Shown: positions 45,910 to 55,904, counted from the stretch's first letter. The stretch is DNA of 64,000 bases from Lachnospiraceae bacterium (GCA_017621815.1 JAGASK010000006.1:4085-68084); one strand, 5' to 3'. Program-made: numbers and translations. Notes: generated from the letters alone by a model not told the origin.

Positions 45910-47826
45910 ATGGATAAGAAGAAACAGACAGAAGCTACAGTATTTATTTCAGAGGCTGACCAGTATTTATTTGCCCAGGGAACCCATTATGATATTTACA
46001 AAAAGCTGGGTGCTCACCTTTCTGTAGAGAATGGCGTAAAAGGAATGTTTTTTGGCGTCTGGGCGCCGAATGCAGCCAGTGTCCATGTAATCGGAACCTT
46101 TAACGGCTGGGATGAGGGCGCTAATCCCATGGAAAAAATGGGACCGGGCGGTATTTATTCGGTATTTATTCCGGGGGTCGGAACAGGAGAGCTTTATAAG
46201 TTCCTGATTACAACACCTGAGGGAGAAAAATTATATAAGGCGGATCCTTTTGCCAATTCAGCAGAGCTGCGTCCCGGCACTGCATCTAAAACCGCTGATA
46301 TTACCGGATTTAAGTGGACAGATGAAACCTGGATGAAGGAAAGGGACAGCAAGGATTATTATAAGGAGCCCCTTGCTGTTTATGAATGTCATATCGGTTC
46401 CTGGATGCGTCATCCAAGGCCGGAGGAAAAAGGCTTTTATAATTACAGGGAATTTGCTGACAGAATTGTAGATTATTTAAAAGAGATGAAGTATACCCAT
46501 GTAGAGCTTATGGGTATTGCAGAATATCCTTTTGACGGTTCCTGGGGTTATCAGGTAACAGGTTATTATGCGCCTACCTCTCGTTATGGGGAACCGACAG
46601 ATTTTATGTATCTGGTAAATAAACTGCATAAAAATAAAATCGGAGTTATCCTTGACTGGGTACCTGCGCATTTTGCCACGGATGCCCATGGACTTGGAAG
46701 ATTTGACGGTCAGTGTATTTTTGAAGACCCGGATCCAAGAAAGGGTGAACATCCCGACTGGGGAACCAAGATTTTTAATTATGGAAAGAATGAAGTTAAA
46801 AATTTCCTGATTGCCAATGCATTATTCTGGATTAAGGAATTTCATGTGGATGGTATCCGTGTGGATGCGGTTGCTTCCATGCTTTACCTTGATTACGGCA
46901 AGAAGGACGGTCAATGGGTACCCAATAAATATGGCGAGAATAAAAATCTGGAAGCCATTGAATTCTTTAAACATCTGAATTCCGTAGTGAGGGGAACATA
47001 TCCCGGATTTATGACGATTGCGGAAGAATCCACAGCATGGCCTAAAGTGACCGGCGCCATAGAAGACGGAGGATTGGGATTCAGCTTTAAGTGGAATATG
47101 GGCTGGATGCATGATTTTTGTGAGTATATGAAGCTGGATCCGTATTTCAGGAAGGACAATCATTATGCCATGACCTTTGCCATGAGCTATAATGACAGTG
47201 AAAATTATATTCTTCCCTTATCCCATGATGAGGTAGTGCACCTGAAGTGTTCCATGGTAAATAAAATGCCGGGATATAAGGTTGATAAATATGCCAATCT
47301 GAGAGCCGGATATACATATATGTTTGGTCATGCCGGCAAGAAGCTTCTGTTTATGGGTCAGGAATTTGCCCAGGAAAGAGAGTGGAGCGAGGAAAGAGAG
47401 CTTGACTGGTTTTTGCTGGAAGAGGATTTGAATAAAGGAATGCAGGAATACGTAAAGGAACTCCTGAATTTGTACCGCAAATATCCCTGTATGTATGAAA
47501 ACGATAACAGTTGGGCAGGATTTGAATGGCTGAACTGTGATGATAAGGACAGAAGCACTTACAGCTTCTTCCGTAAATCCGAAAACGGAAAGAATAATCT
47601 GTTGTTTGTAATTAATCTCACTCCTATGAAATGGGAGAATTATAAAGTAGGAGTGCCGAAAAAGAAAAAATACAAGCTGCTTTTAAACAGTGATGAGGAA
47701 AGATTCGGAGGAAACGGCGGGGTAATTCCCAAAGAACTTAATGCGGTAAAGGAAACCTGCAATTATAAAGATTACAGCATTACCTTTGACCTTCCGCCAT
47801 ACAGTGCGGCAATCTTTGTATTTTAA
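45910..47826 (+). CDS. glgB: 1,4-alpha-glucan branching enzyme
   Basis: GH13 motifs DWVPAHF, GIRVDAVASMLY, AEESTAWP and LSHDEVVH, with an N-terminal CBM48-like domain. ATG at 45910 is better spaced from GGGGG than ATG at 45901. Confidence 0.95.
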   Translation: MDKKKQTEATVFISEADQYLFAQGTHYDIYKKLGAHLSVENGVKGMFFGVWAPNAASVHVIGTFNGWDEGANPMEKMGPGGIYSVFIPGVGTGELYKFLITTPEGEKLYKADPFANSAELRPGTASKTADITGFKWTDETWMKERDSKDYYKEPLAVYECHIGSWMRHPRPEEKGFYNYREFADRIVDYLKEMKYTHVELMGIAEYPFDGSWGYQVTGYYAPTSRYGEPTDFMYLVNKLHKNKIGVILDWVPAHFATDAHGLGRFDGQCIFEDPDPRKGEHPDWGTKIFNYGKNEVKNFLIANALFWIKEFHVDGIRVDAVASMLYLDYGKKDGQWVPNKYGENKNLEAIEFFKHLNSVVRGTYPGFMTIAEESTAWPKVTGAIEDGGLGFSFKWNMGWMHDFCEYMKLDPYFRKDNHYAMTFAMSYNDSENYILPLSHDEVVHLKCSMVNKMPGYKVDKYANLRAGYTYMFGHAGKKLLFMGQEFAQEREWSEERELDWFLLEEDLNKGMQEYVKELLNLYRKYPCMYENDNSWAGFEWLNCDDKDRSTYSFFRKSENGKNNLLFVINLTPMKWENYKVGVPKKKKYKLLLNSDEERFGGNGGVIPKELNAVKETCNYKDYSITFDLPPYSAAIFVF

Positions 47827-47859
47827 AAGGTTAAGAAGCATAAAATAAATGCCGAAATA

Positions 47860-47894
47860 AAGGGTGAATGTATTTATTACATTCACCCTTTTAT
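47860..47894 (+). terminator. rho-independent terminator of glgB
   Basis: 13-bp perfect stem AAGGGTGAATGTA (47860-47872) / TACATTCACCCTT (47878-47890), followed by TTAT. Confidence 0.7.
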
Positions 47895-47951
47895 AGTGAA
47901 CCGGCTGGTAAATACAGCGGTGTTTATTTTTCTACAGTTGAGGGCAGACCT

Positions 47952-50939
47952 ATGAATATTAATTTTGAAAGAACAGAAAAAAGTACTGTTCATACCCACT
48001 CAAATGTAGACAGGAGTACAACTACATATCGTAGTTCTGAAAGCACAGGGAAGGTGCGGCAGAACAATTTTGCATTGGACATTTCTGGCACAGTTATGGA
48101 TAACAGCGCTTACTTTGGTCACGGACGGACCGCAGAAGAGGTTATGCAGGAAGCAGGGCAGCAGGATATTACTGCCCGCAGAAACTATATGGCAGTTATG
48201 TCTAATTCCATGTCTGACGAGGATTTTGCAAGGCTGCAAAGAGATGGATTTCATCCGGGCAGCACAGAAATAGAAACAGTTGTAACGATTGTCGACCATA
48301 TAAAAACTGCTTTAATGAAGGGCGGTACCAGTATTGTCGGTTATACCGATACACTGGGGAATAAACAGCTTGAAGATATTACAGGCAGCAGGACTTTTGC
48401 GAATGAACTGAAAAATCAGTTTGAAAAATATGATATTCCATTGACGGAAGATAATATAGAAGCGGTGAAGGAAGCATGGAGAACCATGGAGGAAGTTCAG
48501 GATTTTCCTGAAGGAAGTATGAAGTACATGGTGGAAAATGAACTGGAGCCTACGGTAGAAAATTTATACCTGGCACGTTTTTCCGCTGCGGATGACGGCA
48601 GCCGCCAGGGAAGAGGATATTATGCGGCGGGAGAAGTTAATGGCTATTATGCAAAGAAGCCGGAAAGCATTGATTATGAAAAACTGATGCCTCAAATAGA
48701 AAAGGTTATACAGGAAGCCGGATTTTCGGTTGATGAGAATACTCTTTCGGAAGCCAGGTGGCTGATTGAAAAGGGAATACCGCTAAATGAAGATACTTTT
48801 TCCAGAATGCACCGGATAAAAGGACTTTCTTTACCTGAAAGCGCAGAGGACTTTTTACAGTCCGCATCAGCGGCGATTGCAGACGGCATATCCCCCGGCG
48901 CAGCGGATATCAGTAAAAAGCAAAGCTTTCTTATGCAGGCAGTGACCATAAAGGAAAAAACAGAGCAGCTGGATGAACAGACAGCAGATGTGATTCTGGC
49001 AAGAGAACTGCCGTTTAACCTTAAGAATTTATTTTATATTTTTGATGAAATGCAAAAAGGCAGCAGCCGGACATCGGAGAAAACTGCAGAGGGCAGTACG
49101 GCTGTAAATCTTCATGGGAGAAGGCTGCTGGAGGAAGTAAGACTTTCCATGACCGTAAGCGCCAATTTAAAGCTTTTGAAAAGCGGTTTCAGTATTGAAA
49201 CGGCCCCCATGGAAGAGCTGATCAGCAGGCTGAAGGAAGCGGAAAACAGCTACGGGATGGCTTTAGTGCAGGAAACGGATGGGCAGGCTGCAAAGGAAAA
49301 AAGCAGTTTATATCATCAGACACTGTATACGCTTGAAAGTATTAAAACAGCTCCGGCCGCAATAGCGGCTGCCGTATCGGAAACAGATACCCTGCCGGAA
49401 GTAAATGAAGCCGGAAAAATAAAAGAATCCGAATACAAAAAAGCCGGAGAAAGCTATGAAGCGCTTATGACAGCGCCGCGGAAGGATATGGGTGATTCCA
49501 TTAATAAGGCTTTTCAAAATGTGGATGATATTCTTGCGGACCTTCATAAAGAAGCTACTGAAGAAAACAGAAAAACCATCAGAATTCTCGGCTATAACAG
49601 TATGGAAATGACAGAAGAGAATTTTGAAAAAGTCAGGCAGTCCGAAGCTCTCTTAGCAGAAGTAGCAGAAAAAATGAAACCGGGAACGGTGCTTTCCATG
49701 ATAAGAGAAGGTGTGAATCCCCTTACAATGTCCCTTGAAGAGCTTAGAACTTATTTGAATGAAAAAGCACCTGATACAGCGCAGGAGTTGGAATCCTACA
49801 GCCGGTTTTTGTATAAGCTGGAGAAGAAAAAAGAAATTTCACAGGAAGAGCGAAGTGCATTTATCGGTATCTACAGATTGCTCAGACAAGTGGAAAAAGG
49901 CGATGATGCAGCTTTGGGAGCGGTAATGCAGACAGGTGTTTCTCCCACGCTTCAAAATCTTCTTACAGCAGTCAGAAGCAGTAAGAGAAGACAGATAGAT
50001 TATCAGATAAATGACAGATTCGCCGGCGTAGAGTCCAAAAGGCCGGATGTTGAATCCATTACGGATCAGATTGAAAAAGGCTATGTAAAGACCAGACAGG
50101 ATTTAGAAGAAGCAATATCGGATGAGCAGACCGAAAGGGCGCAGGCGGAATTTGAACATTCCATATTTGAAGGTGTCAGAAATGCAGCAGGCAGTGAGGA
50201 AGCGGTTTTAAGACTGCTTGTGGATTACGGACAGCCGGTAACGGCAGACAATCTTCTGACAGCGGGAGAACTGCTGAAGGGTTCCTATAATGGGTTTAAA
50301 AAGTTCAGAGAGCTGTTTGAGGAAAACGGGGAGGCGGATTTTGAAACGGAAGATTTTCCGGAAAGGCTCACTGACAGCAGCTCTGCGGTGAAAGCATATG
50401 AGGATTTTTCCGGCAGGATACAAAATGTGCTTGAGAAAATTGCTTTCTCGGGGGAAAAGGCGTCATTGGATATAAAAGATATGGGTATTTTTTACAAGCA
50501 GATTACTTTTATGAAATCAATGGCCAGAGAAGAAAATTTTGAAATGCCGGTGGAGATTAACGGAGAACTTACAGCAGTTAATTTAAAGATGATTCATAAA
50601 AACGGCGGGGAGAGCAAGGTTGCGGTTACTCTGGAAACAGAAGCGCTGGGTAAATGTGCAGCTGAGTTCACCTACACAGCTTCCGGCTTGTCGGGCTACA
50701 GCATCTGCAGCAAAAAACAGGGAACCGAAATGATGTCCGGAAACAGGGAATTGTTTGAAAAAAGGCTTTTAAAAGAAAATATTTCGGCAGGAGATATTCA
50801 TTTTATTACCGGCGAAAATCTTAATCTGCAGGATTTTTCCTTAAAGCTGAGTAAAGACAGGATATCGGGACAGACACCGGATGCCCTGTACAAAGCGGCT
50901 AAGGCATATATAGGTTTTGTACAGGAAATCAGTAAATAG
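47952..50939 (+). CDS. large FliK-C-terminal-like flagellar-associated protein (paralogue type of the ORF at 20-1192)
   Basis: 995 aa counted from ATG 47952 (after GAGGG). The track start at 47868 lies inside the glgB terminator. The C-terminal FEMPVEINGELTAVNLKMIHKNGGESKVAVTLETEALGKCAAEFTY... parallels the C-terminus of ORF 20-1192. It sits directly upstream of flagellin. Confidence 0.55.
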   Translation: MNINFERTEKSTVHTHSNVDRSTTTYRSSESTGKVRQNNFALDISGTVMDNSAYFGHGRTAEEVMQEAGQQDITARRNYMAVMSNSMSDEDFARLQRDGFHPGSTEIETVVTIVDHIKTALMKGGTSIVGYTDTLGNKQLEDITGSRTFANELKNQFEKYDIPLTEDNIEAVKEAWRTMEEVQDFPEGSMKYMVENELEPTVENLYLARFSAADDGSRQGRGYYAAGEVNGYYAKKPESIDYEKLMPQIEKVIQEAGFSVDENTLSEARWLIEKGIPLNEDTFSRMHRIKGLSLPESAEDFLQSASAAIADGISPGAADISKKQSFLMQAVTIKEKTEQLDEQTADVILARELPFNLKNLFYIFDEMQKGSSRTSEKTAEGSTAVNLHGRRLLEEVRLSMTVSANLKLLKSGFSIETAPMEELISRLKEAENSYGMALVQETDGQAAKEKSSLYHQTLYTLESIKTAPAAIAAAVSETDTLPEVNEAGKIKESEYKKAGESYEALMTAPRKDMGDSINKAFQNVDDILADLHKEATEENRKTIRILGYNSMEMTEENFEKVRQSEALLAEVAEKMKPGTVLSMIREGVNPLTMSLEELRTYLNEKAPDTAQELESYSRFLYKLEKKKEISQEERSAFIGIYRLLRQVEKGDDAALGAVMQTGVSPTLQNLLTAVRSSKRRQIDYQINDRFAGVESKRPDVESITDQIEKGYVKTRQDLEEAISDEQTERAQAEFEHSIFEGVRNAAGSEEAVLRLLVDYGQPVTADNLLTAGELLKGSYNGFKKFRELFEENGEADFETEDFPERLTDSSSAVKAYEDFSGRIQNVLEKIAFSGEKASLDIKDMGIFYKQITFMKSMAREENFEMPVEINGELTAVNLKMIHKNGGESKVAVTLETEALGKCAAEFTYTASGLSGYSICSKKQGTEMMSGNRELFEKRLLKENISAGDIHFITGENLNLQDFSLKLSKDRISGQTPDALYKAAKAYIGFVQEISK

Positions 50940-50954
50940 AAAGGGAGTATAAAA

Positions 50955-52070
50955 ATGAGAATCAGTTATAATGCATCGGCAGTTCTTGCCAACAACTCAC
51001 TGTTAAAAAATGACAATAAATTATCGGAGTCTCTGGCAAGGCTTTCATCAGGACTTAAAATCGTAAATGCCAAGGATAATCCGTCAGGACTTGCCATGTC
51101 AAAGAGAATGAATGCACAGATAGAGGGAGTGGGCGTAGCGACCCAGAACGCAGGTGACGGTATTTCTGTTATCGAAATAGCAGACGGAACCTTAAGTGAG
51201 ATTCATGATATGCTGCAGAGAATGAATGAACTTACAGTAAAGGCTGCTACAGGAACTTTGACGGAAGAAGATCGGGGAATCGTTGATAATGAGGTACAGC
51301 AGCTGAAGGAAGAGATTACCAGAATTGCATCGGAAACACAGTTTAACGGACAGAATATTCTGGACGGCTCTTTTGATTTAAAAGGCTATACGGACAATGT
51401 GGATGTAAAGGTTGCTTATTACAGTGACGATGTCCTTGCGGGGGCATATGAAATCACGGCTATGACCATCAGCTATGATGCGGAAGGAAATATTGACCAA
51501 AATGCGGCAGCGGCATCCTTTAAGGGAGGAGCCGGATTTCCTGCTGATGCCAAAGTTACTCAGACGGACGGAAATATTGTTACGATCACAGGAAGCCAGA
51601 AATTTGAATTGAAGTTGGAAATTAAATCTCAGAACGTTACAAGCCTGGCTTCATTAAAAATGAATCTGGAAGGTTTTGGTGCAATGGATATGCAGATTGG
51701 TGCAAATGAAGGGCAGCAGCTTGGTATCCGCATCCCTAAGATTTCTCTTGAAAATATGGGAATTTCTTCTTTGGATGTTACAACATCGGAGAAGGCTCAG
51801 GATGGAATTACCAGGGTAGATACGGCAATAAAATATATTTCCGGTGTGAGGAGCCGTCTGGGTGCATATCAGAACCGTCTTGAGCATACAATCAACAGTC
51901 TTGATATTACATCAGAAAATATGACAGCTGCTTATTCCCGCATTATGGATGTGGATATGGCGGAAGAAATGACGGAATATACCACATTACAGGTTCTTTC
52001 CCAGGCCAGCACTTCCATGCTTGCCCAGGCAAATGAAAGACCGGCTCAGGTTTTACAGTTACTGCAATAA
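50955..52070 (+). CDS. fliC: flagellin
   Basis: Conserved N-terminus (MRISYNASAVLANNSL...LSSGLKIVNAKDNPSGLAMS) and C-terminus (RSRLGAYQNRLEHTINSL...MAEEMTEYTTLQVLSQASTSMLAQANERPAQVLQLLQ). Confidence 0.95.
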   Translation: MRISYNASAVLANNSLLKNDNKLSESLARLSSGLKIVNAKDNPSGLAMSKRMNAQIEGVGVATQNAGDGISVIEIADGTLSEIHDMLQRMNELTVKAATGTLTEEDRGIVDNEVQQLKEEITRIASETQFNGQNILDGSFDLKGYTDNVDVKVAYYSDDVLAGAYEITAMTISYDAEGNIDQNAAAASFKGGAGFPADAKVTQTDGNIVTITGSQKFELKLEIKSQNVTSLASLKMNLEGFGAMDMQIGANEGQQLGIRIPKISLENMGISSLDVTTSEKAQDGITRVDTAIKYISGVRSRLGAYQNRLEHTINSLDITSENMTAAYSRIMDVDMAEEMTEYTTLQVLSQASTSMLAQANERPAQVLQLLQ

Positions 52071-52111
52071 AATACATAAAGTATGGCAAATCGTGAAAGG
52101 CAGGAACAGCA

Positions 52112-52588
52112 ATGACGAAGGAATTGAAGCAGCAGTTTACATTAAAAATATCTAACGCCAATAAAACCCAGCTGGTGGTAATACTTTATGAAATGCTGCT
52201 GGTGTATATAGAAGAAGCGAAACAGGCTTACAGAAATCAGGATAAAGCCGGTTTCAGGCAGGAAATTAAGAGAGCAAAAGGATGCCTGCACGAACTGATG
52301 GCATCGCTCCATTTTGAATATGCGCTTTCGGGAAATCTGCTGCAGCTTTATGCATATGCAGATAAAGAACTGACAAGAGCAGATATCAGGTTCAGTCTGG
52401 AAGAACTTGTCCATGTGGAAGGAATTATGAAAAAACTTCATGACGCCTATGAAACAGTCAGTGCACAGGACACCTCGGCTCCGATAATGGCCAATACACA
52501 GACTGTTTATGCTGGGCTCACTTATGGAAAAAATGACTTGACGGAAAGCTTAGCCGATGAGGGAAGCAGCAGGGGTTTCCGCATTTAA
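52112..52588 (+). CDS. fliS: FliS-like flagellar export chaperone
   Basis: NKTQLVVILYEMLLVYIEEAKQA, IKRAKGCLHELMASL and GNLLQLYAYADKELTRA follow the FliS four-helix pattern. Located downstream of flagellin. Confidence 0.7.
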   Translation: MTKELKQQFTLKISNANKTQLVVILYEMLLVYIEEAKQAYRNQDKAGFRQEIKRAKGCLHELMASLHFEYALSGNLLQLYAYADKELTRADIRFSLEELVHVEGIMKKLHDAYETVSAQDTSAPIMANTQTVYAGLTYGKNDLTESLADEGSSRGFRI

Positions 52589-52852
52589 AGAGGCAAAATG
52601 TTCTTTTTCTTCAGGCAGCATATTAAGGTGTGCTGCCTGTTCCATTAAAAATTTATATCGCTTCAGAACCGAGTTTACTTCGTAGATATAGCAGTCGATT
52701 AAATCCGGTTCGGTAACATTATCAAAGCCCGCATATGCAATTTCCAGGGCTTTTTTTGTTTTTTCCAAATCAGACAGCAGCGCATTTCTTTCGATTTCCC
52801 GTTCAGACAGAGTCCTGTTTGTTTGAGAGGACTGGCTAAAAAACATTTTCAT
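52550..52852 (-). CDS. YaaL-like (DUF2508) protein
   Basis: LEKTKKALEIAYAGFDNVTEPDLIDCYIYEVNSVLKRYKFLMEQA matches the DUF2508 pattern. It neighbours bofA, as in Bacillus. Confidence 0.7.
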   Translation of the reverse strand: MKMFFSQSSQTNRTLSEREIERNALLSDLEKTKKALEIAYAGFDNVTEPDLIDCYIYEVNSVLKRYKFLMEQAAHLNMLPEEKEHFASLNAETPAASLIG

Positions 52853-53040
52853 AATGACCTCATTTCTGCTTTTAAGGGCGCAGTATTAAAATAATTATGG
52901 CCCCGGCATATGTGCTTGTTACATAATATTCCGGTATTATCCAATAATTGCCTTTGAAAAGAAGTATAGGCAGAAAATTTGTTGTTTATTCAGGAAACAG
53001 CAAAACATGGAATATTTGAAAAACAAGGACATATATTATT

Positions 53041-53337
53041 ATGAAAAACAATGGGCGGATAGATATGAATACTTACAGCGGTGGATTTTGGATTTTAGGA
53101 ATACTTGCAGTTGTTCTTTTAATAGGTGCCCTGAAAAATCGTGCAGAGCTTATTATCAACTTTGTGCTCAGGGGAGTGCTTGGCATGCTGATGATTTATT
53201 TTGTGAATTTTTTTCTGGCCGGCAGGGTGCCGGGAATGGAAATCGGATATAATCCGGTTACGTTTATAACTTCGGGCATTCTTGGGTTTCCGGGTGTTTT
53301 AATGCTGTACGGAATTAATTTATATATGATTATTTAA
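53041..53337 (+). CDS. bofA: pro-sigma-K processing inhibitor BofA
   Basis: Small two/three-TM protein. INFVLRGVLGMLMIYFVNFFL...GYNPVTFITSGILGFPGVLMLYGINLY is BofA-like. An alternative ATG at 53065 is possible. Confidence 0.8.
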   Translation: MKNNGRIDMNTYSGGFWILGILAVVLLIGALKNRAELIINFVLRGVLGMLMIYFVNFFLAGRVPGMEIGYNPVTFITSGILGFPGVLMLYGINLYMII

Positions 53338-53677
53338 TGTGGTATTTTATAGGATAGAAATGGTCTTTGGTTATTTTTAAATCGCTCAAAAGCCTTGTAA
53401 TTTCAATGGTTTTGGAATTTTGATAATGCTGTAATTATCGAAATTTTATACAAATGTACTAAAATTTAAAAAGATGAAAATAATTACTTTACATAAGCAA
53501 AAATCTCTTATATAATTCAGATTACAAACTACAGACGGTCTTAGTTAGTATCTATTATTTATTCTATGGAGGAATGATATAACATTTCTCAAAAGGTCTT
53601 AGGAAAGTTTCTTTCCGCCTTTTCAAATAGTAAAAAGCAGCTTGAAATTTTAACAGCAAAGCAGAAAGGGGTTATGA

Positions 53678-54688
53678 TTGGACAAAAGAATCCTTGCGAT
53701 TTTTGATGGTGAGGAGGGCTACGCATATCGTCTTATGGATTATATCGGCGGGAAAGAAAATATTCCCTTTGAAATCCATGTCTTTACAAAGAAGGACAAG
53801 TTCCTGCCTTATGCACAGAAGGAGGAAATCGAGTGCCTGCTCATATCGGAAAGCGTATATCAACAGGAAATTGAGCAACTGAAAATACCGCACATTATTA
53901 TTCTCAGCGAAAACGGAAACAATTTAAACCGTGCCTTGTGTCACATTAATAAATATCAGTCCTGTGAAAATGTATTGCGGGAAGTAATGGAATATTACAC
54001 GGAAAAAGTGCAGGATACAAAAACAGTTCTCAGAACAGGCAATAAAAAGATGCATATCATCGGAATCTATACACCTGTAGGAAGGTGTCTTCAAACCACA
54101 TTTTCATTGACCCTGGGTCAGATGCTGGCCCGCCGCTATAAAACCCTTTATTTAAATTTTGAAGCATACTCAGGACTGGGCAGGATGCTGAACAGAGAAT
54201 TTAAAAATGATATCTCTGATTTGGCTTATTACTTTAACTGTGCCAGGGAAAAATTGTTTTACCGCATGGAAAGCATGGTGGAAAGCATTAATGGAATGGA
54301 CTTTATACCGCCGGTGGAAATATATCAAAATCTTGCGGGAATCAGGGGTACGCAGTGGGTGGATTTGTTCGGGGAAATTGAAAAAATAAGTGAATATGAA
54401 TTTCTTATTCTGGATTTGACGGACAGTCTTATGGATTTGTGGGAGGTTTTACAAAGCTGTGACCGTATCTATACCATTGTGCGGGAAGATGCGCTGGCAT
54501 TGGCAAAAGTTGAGCAATATGAAAAAGCATTGGAGGAAATGAAATATGGAGATATCACAACAAAAACGAAAAAATGGAATCTGCCGGTTTTCAGACAGCT
54601 TCCCCTGCATTTCGGAGAACTGACTTATGGAGAACTGGCAGGATATATCAAAAGAGAAGTTTTCCCTGACTTATTCCGGGAAGAGTGA
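53678..54688 (+). CDS. TadZ/CpaE-like pilus-assembly protein (receiver-like N-domain + ParA/MinD-like domain with degenerate P-loop)
   Basis: TTG start after GAAAGGGG. The N-terminus ILAIFDGEEGYAYRL...ECLLISE is receiver-like. HIIGIYTPVGRCLQTTFSLTLGQMLA aligns to the MinD/ParA deviant Walker A (SGKGGVGKTT), but both lysines and most glycines are replaced. It lies directly upstream of the CpaF ATPase gene. Confidence 0.6.
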   Translation: MDKRILAIFDGEEGYAYRLMDYIGGKENIPFEIHVFTKKDKFLPYAQKEEIECLLISESVYQQEIEQLKIPHIIILSENGNNLNRALCHINKYQSCENVLREVMEYYTEKVQDTKTVLRTGNKKMHIIGIYTPVGRCLQTTFSLTLGQMLARRYKTLYLNFEAYSGLGRMLNREFKNDISDLAYYFNCAREKLFYRMESMVESINGMDFIPPVEIYQNLAGIRGTQWVDLFGEIEKISEYEFLILDLTDSLMDLWEVLQSCDRIYTIVREDALALAKVEQYEKALEEMKYGDITTKTKKWNLPVFRQLPLHFGELTYGELAGYIKREVFPDLFREE

Positions 54689-55904
54689 AATATCGGAAAA
54701 AGAATTCAGTATTTTACAAAGCCGTATTCTTGACAGGATGGATTTATCCAGACAGATGAATGAAGAAGAAATACGGGATGCCATTGATGAGGAAATTCTC
54801 AGGGAAGGAAAAGCAAGGTATTTGGGCTTTGGAACTAAGGCAGCCCTGCGAAAGGAAATCTTTTATGAAATCAGACAGCTCGGCATTTTACAGGATTTAA
54901 TTTATGACCCGGACATCACTGAGATTATGGTAAATGGTACTGAACCGATTTTTATAGAAAAAAGAGGAAAACTGGAGAGACTTAATATCCGGTTTGAGTC
55001 TGTCGAAAAACTGAATCATGTGATTCAGCAGATTGTTGCTGATTGCAACAGAGTCGTTAATGAGGCCTCGCCTATTGTGGATGCCAGACTTAAGGACGGC
55101 TCAAGAGTAAATGCGGTGCTTTATCCGGTGGCACTGAACGGGCCTGTATTAACTATCAGACGGTTCCCGGACAAGGCCATTACCATGGAACAGCTGAATG
55201 CAATCGGCTCTGTAAGCAGGGAGGCTTCAGCTTTTTTGGAAAAGCTGGTTAAAGCAGGCTGTAATATTCTTGTCAGCGGAGGAACGGGCTGCGGAAAAAC
55301 TACGTTTCTAAATGCTTTATCGGGGTTTATTCCGAAGGAGCAAAGGGTTATAACGATTGAAGACAGTGCAGAGCTTCAGTTGCAGGGACTTCAGAATCTG
55401 GTCCGGCTGGAAACAAGAAATGCCAATGTGGAAGGCTGTCTTGAGATAACCATAAGGGATTTAATAAGGGCTTCTTTGAGGATGCGGCCGGACAGAATTA
55501 TTGTAGGCGAGGTAAGAGGAAAAGAAGCGGTAGACATGCTTCAAAGTGTCAATGTAGGACACTGTGCCATGACAACGGTACATGCCAACAGCGCAAGGGA
55601 CGTAACCAGCCGGCTTGAGACCATGGTTTTAATGGGCATGGAACTTCCGGTTGCTGCCATTCGCAAGCAAATTGTTTCAGGATTCGATATTCTCATTCAC
55701 TTAGGAAGGTTAAGGGACGGCAGCAGGCGTGTAATGGAAATTGCAGAGCCGGTTTCAGTGGTTGACGGAGAAGTTAAGCTTCATATGTTATACCGGTTTG
55801 AGGAAAAAGGTCAAAGCCGGGCGGGACTGGTGGCAGGAGAACTGGTAAAGGTAGGGGAACTTAGAAATGTTGAAAAACTTAAAGCGGCAGGGTATCAGGA
55901 GTGA
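54627..55904 (+). CDS. CpaF/TadA family secretion ATPase
   Basis: Walker A SGGTGCGKTT, Walker B/Asp box IITIEDSAEL, His box GHCAMTTVHANS and RPDRIIVGEVRG. Confidence 0.9.
   Translation: MENWQDISKEKFSLTYSGKSEISEKEFSILQSRILDRMDLSRQMNEEEIRDAIDEEILREGKARYLGFGTKAALRKEIFYEIRQLGILQDLIYDPDITEIMVNGTEPIFIEKRGKLERLNIRFESVEKLNHVIQQIVADCNRVVNEASPIVDARLKDGSRVNAVLYPVALNGPVLTIRRFPDKAITMEQLNAIGSVSREASAFLEKLVKAGCNILVSGGTGCGKTTFLNALSGFIPKEQRVITIEDSAELQLQGLQNLVRLETRNANVEGCLEITIRDLIRASLRMRPDRIIVGEVRGKEAVDMLQSVNVGHCAMTTVHANSARDVTSRLETMVLMGMELPVAAIRKQIVSGFDILIHLGRLRDGSRRVMEIAEPVSVVDGEVKLHMLYRFEEKGQSRAGLVAGELVKVGELRNVEKLKAAGYQE

Noticed and set aside
47831-47858. Sigma-D-like promoter (TTAA-N16-GCCGAAAT) upstream of the FliK-like/flagellin pair.
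   Set aside because: The -35 is only a partial match to TAAA. The putative -10 is immediately followed by the glgB terminator hairpin, which would terminate such a transcript. Not supported.
47868-47951. N-terminal extension of the 1023-aa track ORF.
   Set aside because: The alternative start lies inside the 13-bp-stem glgB terminator (47860-47890). ATG at 47952 with GAGGG upstream is preferred.
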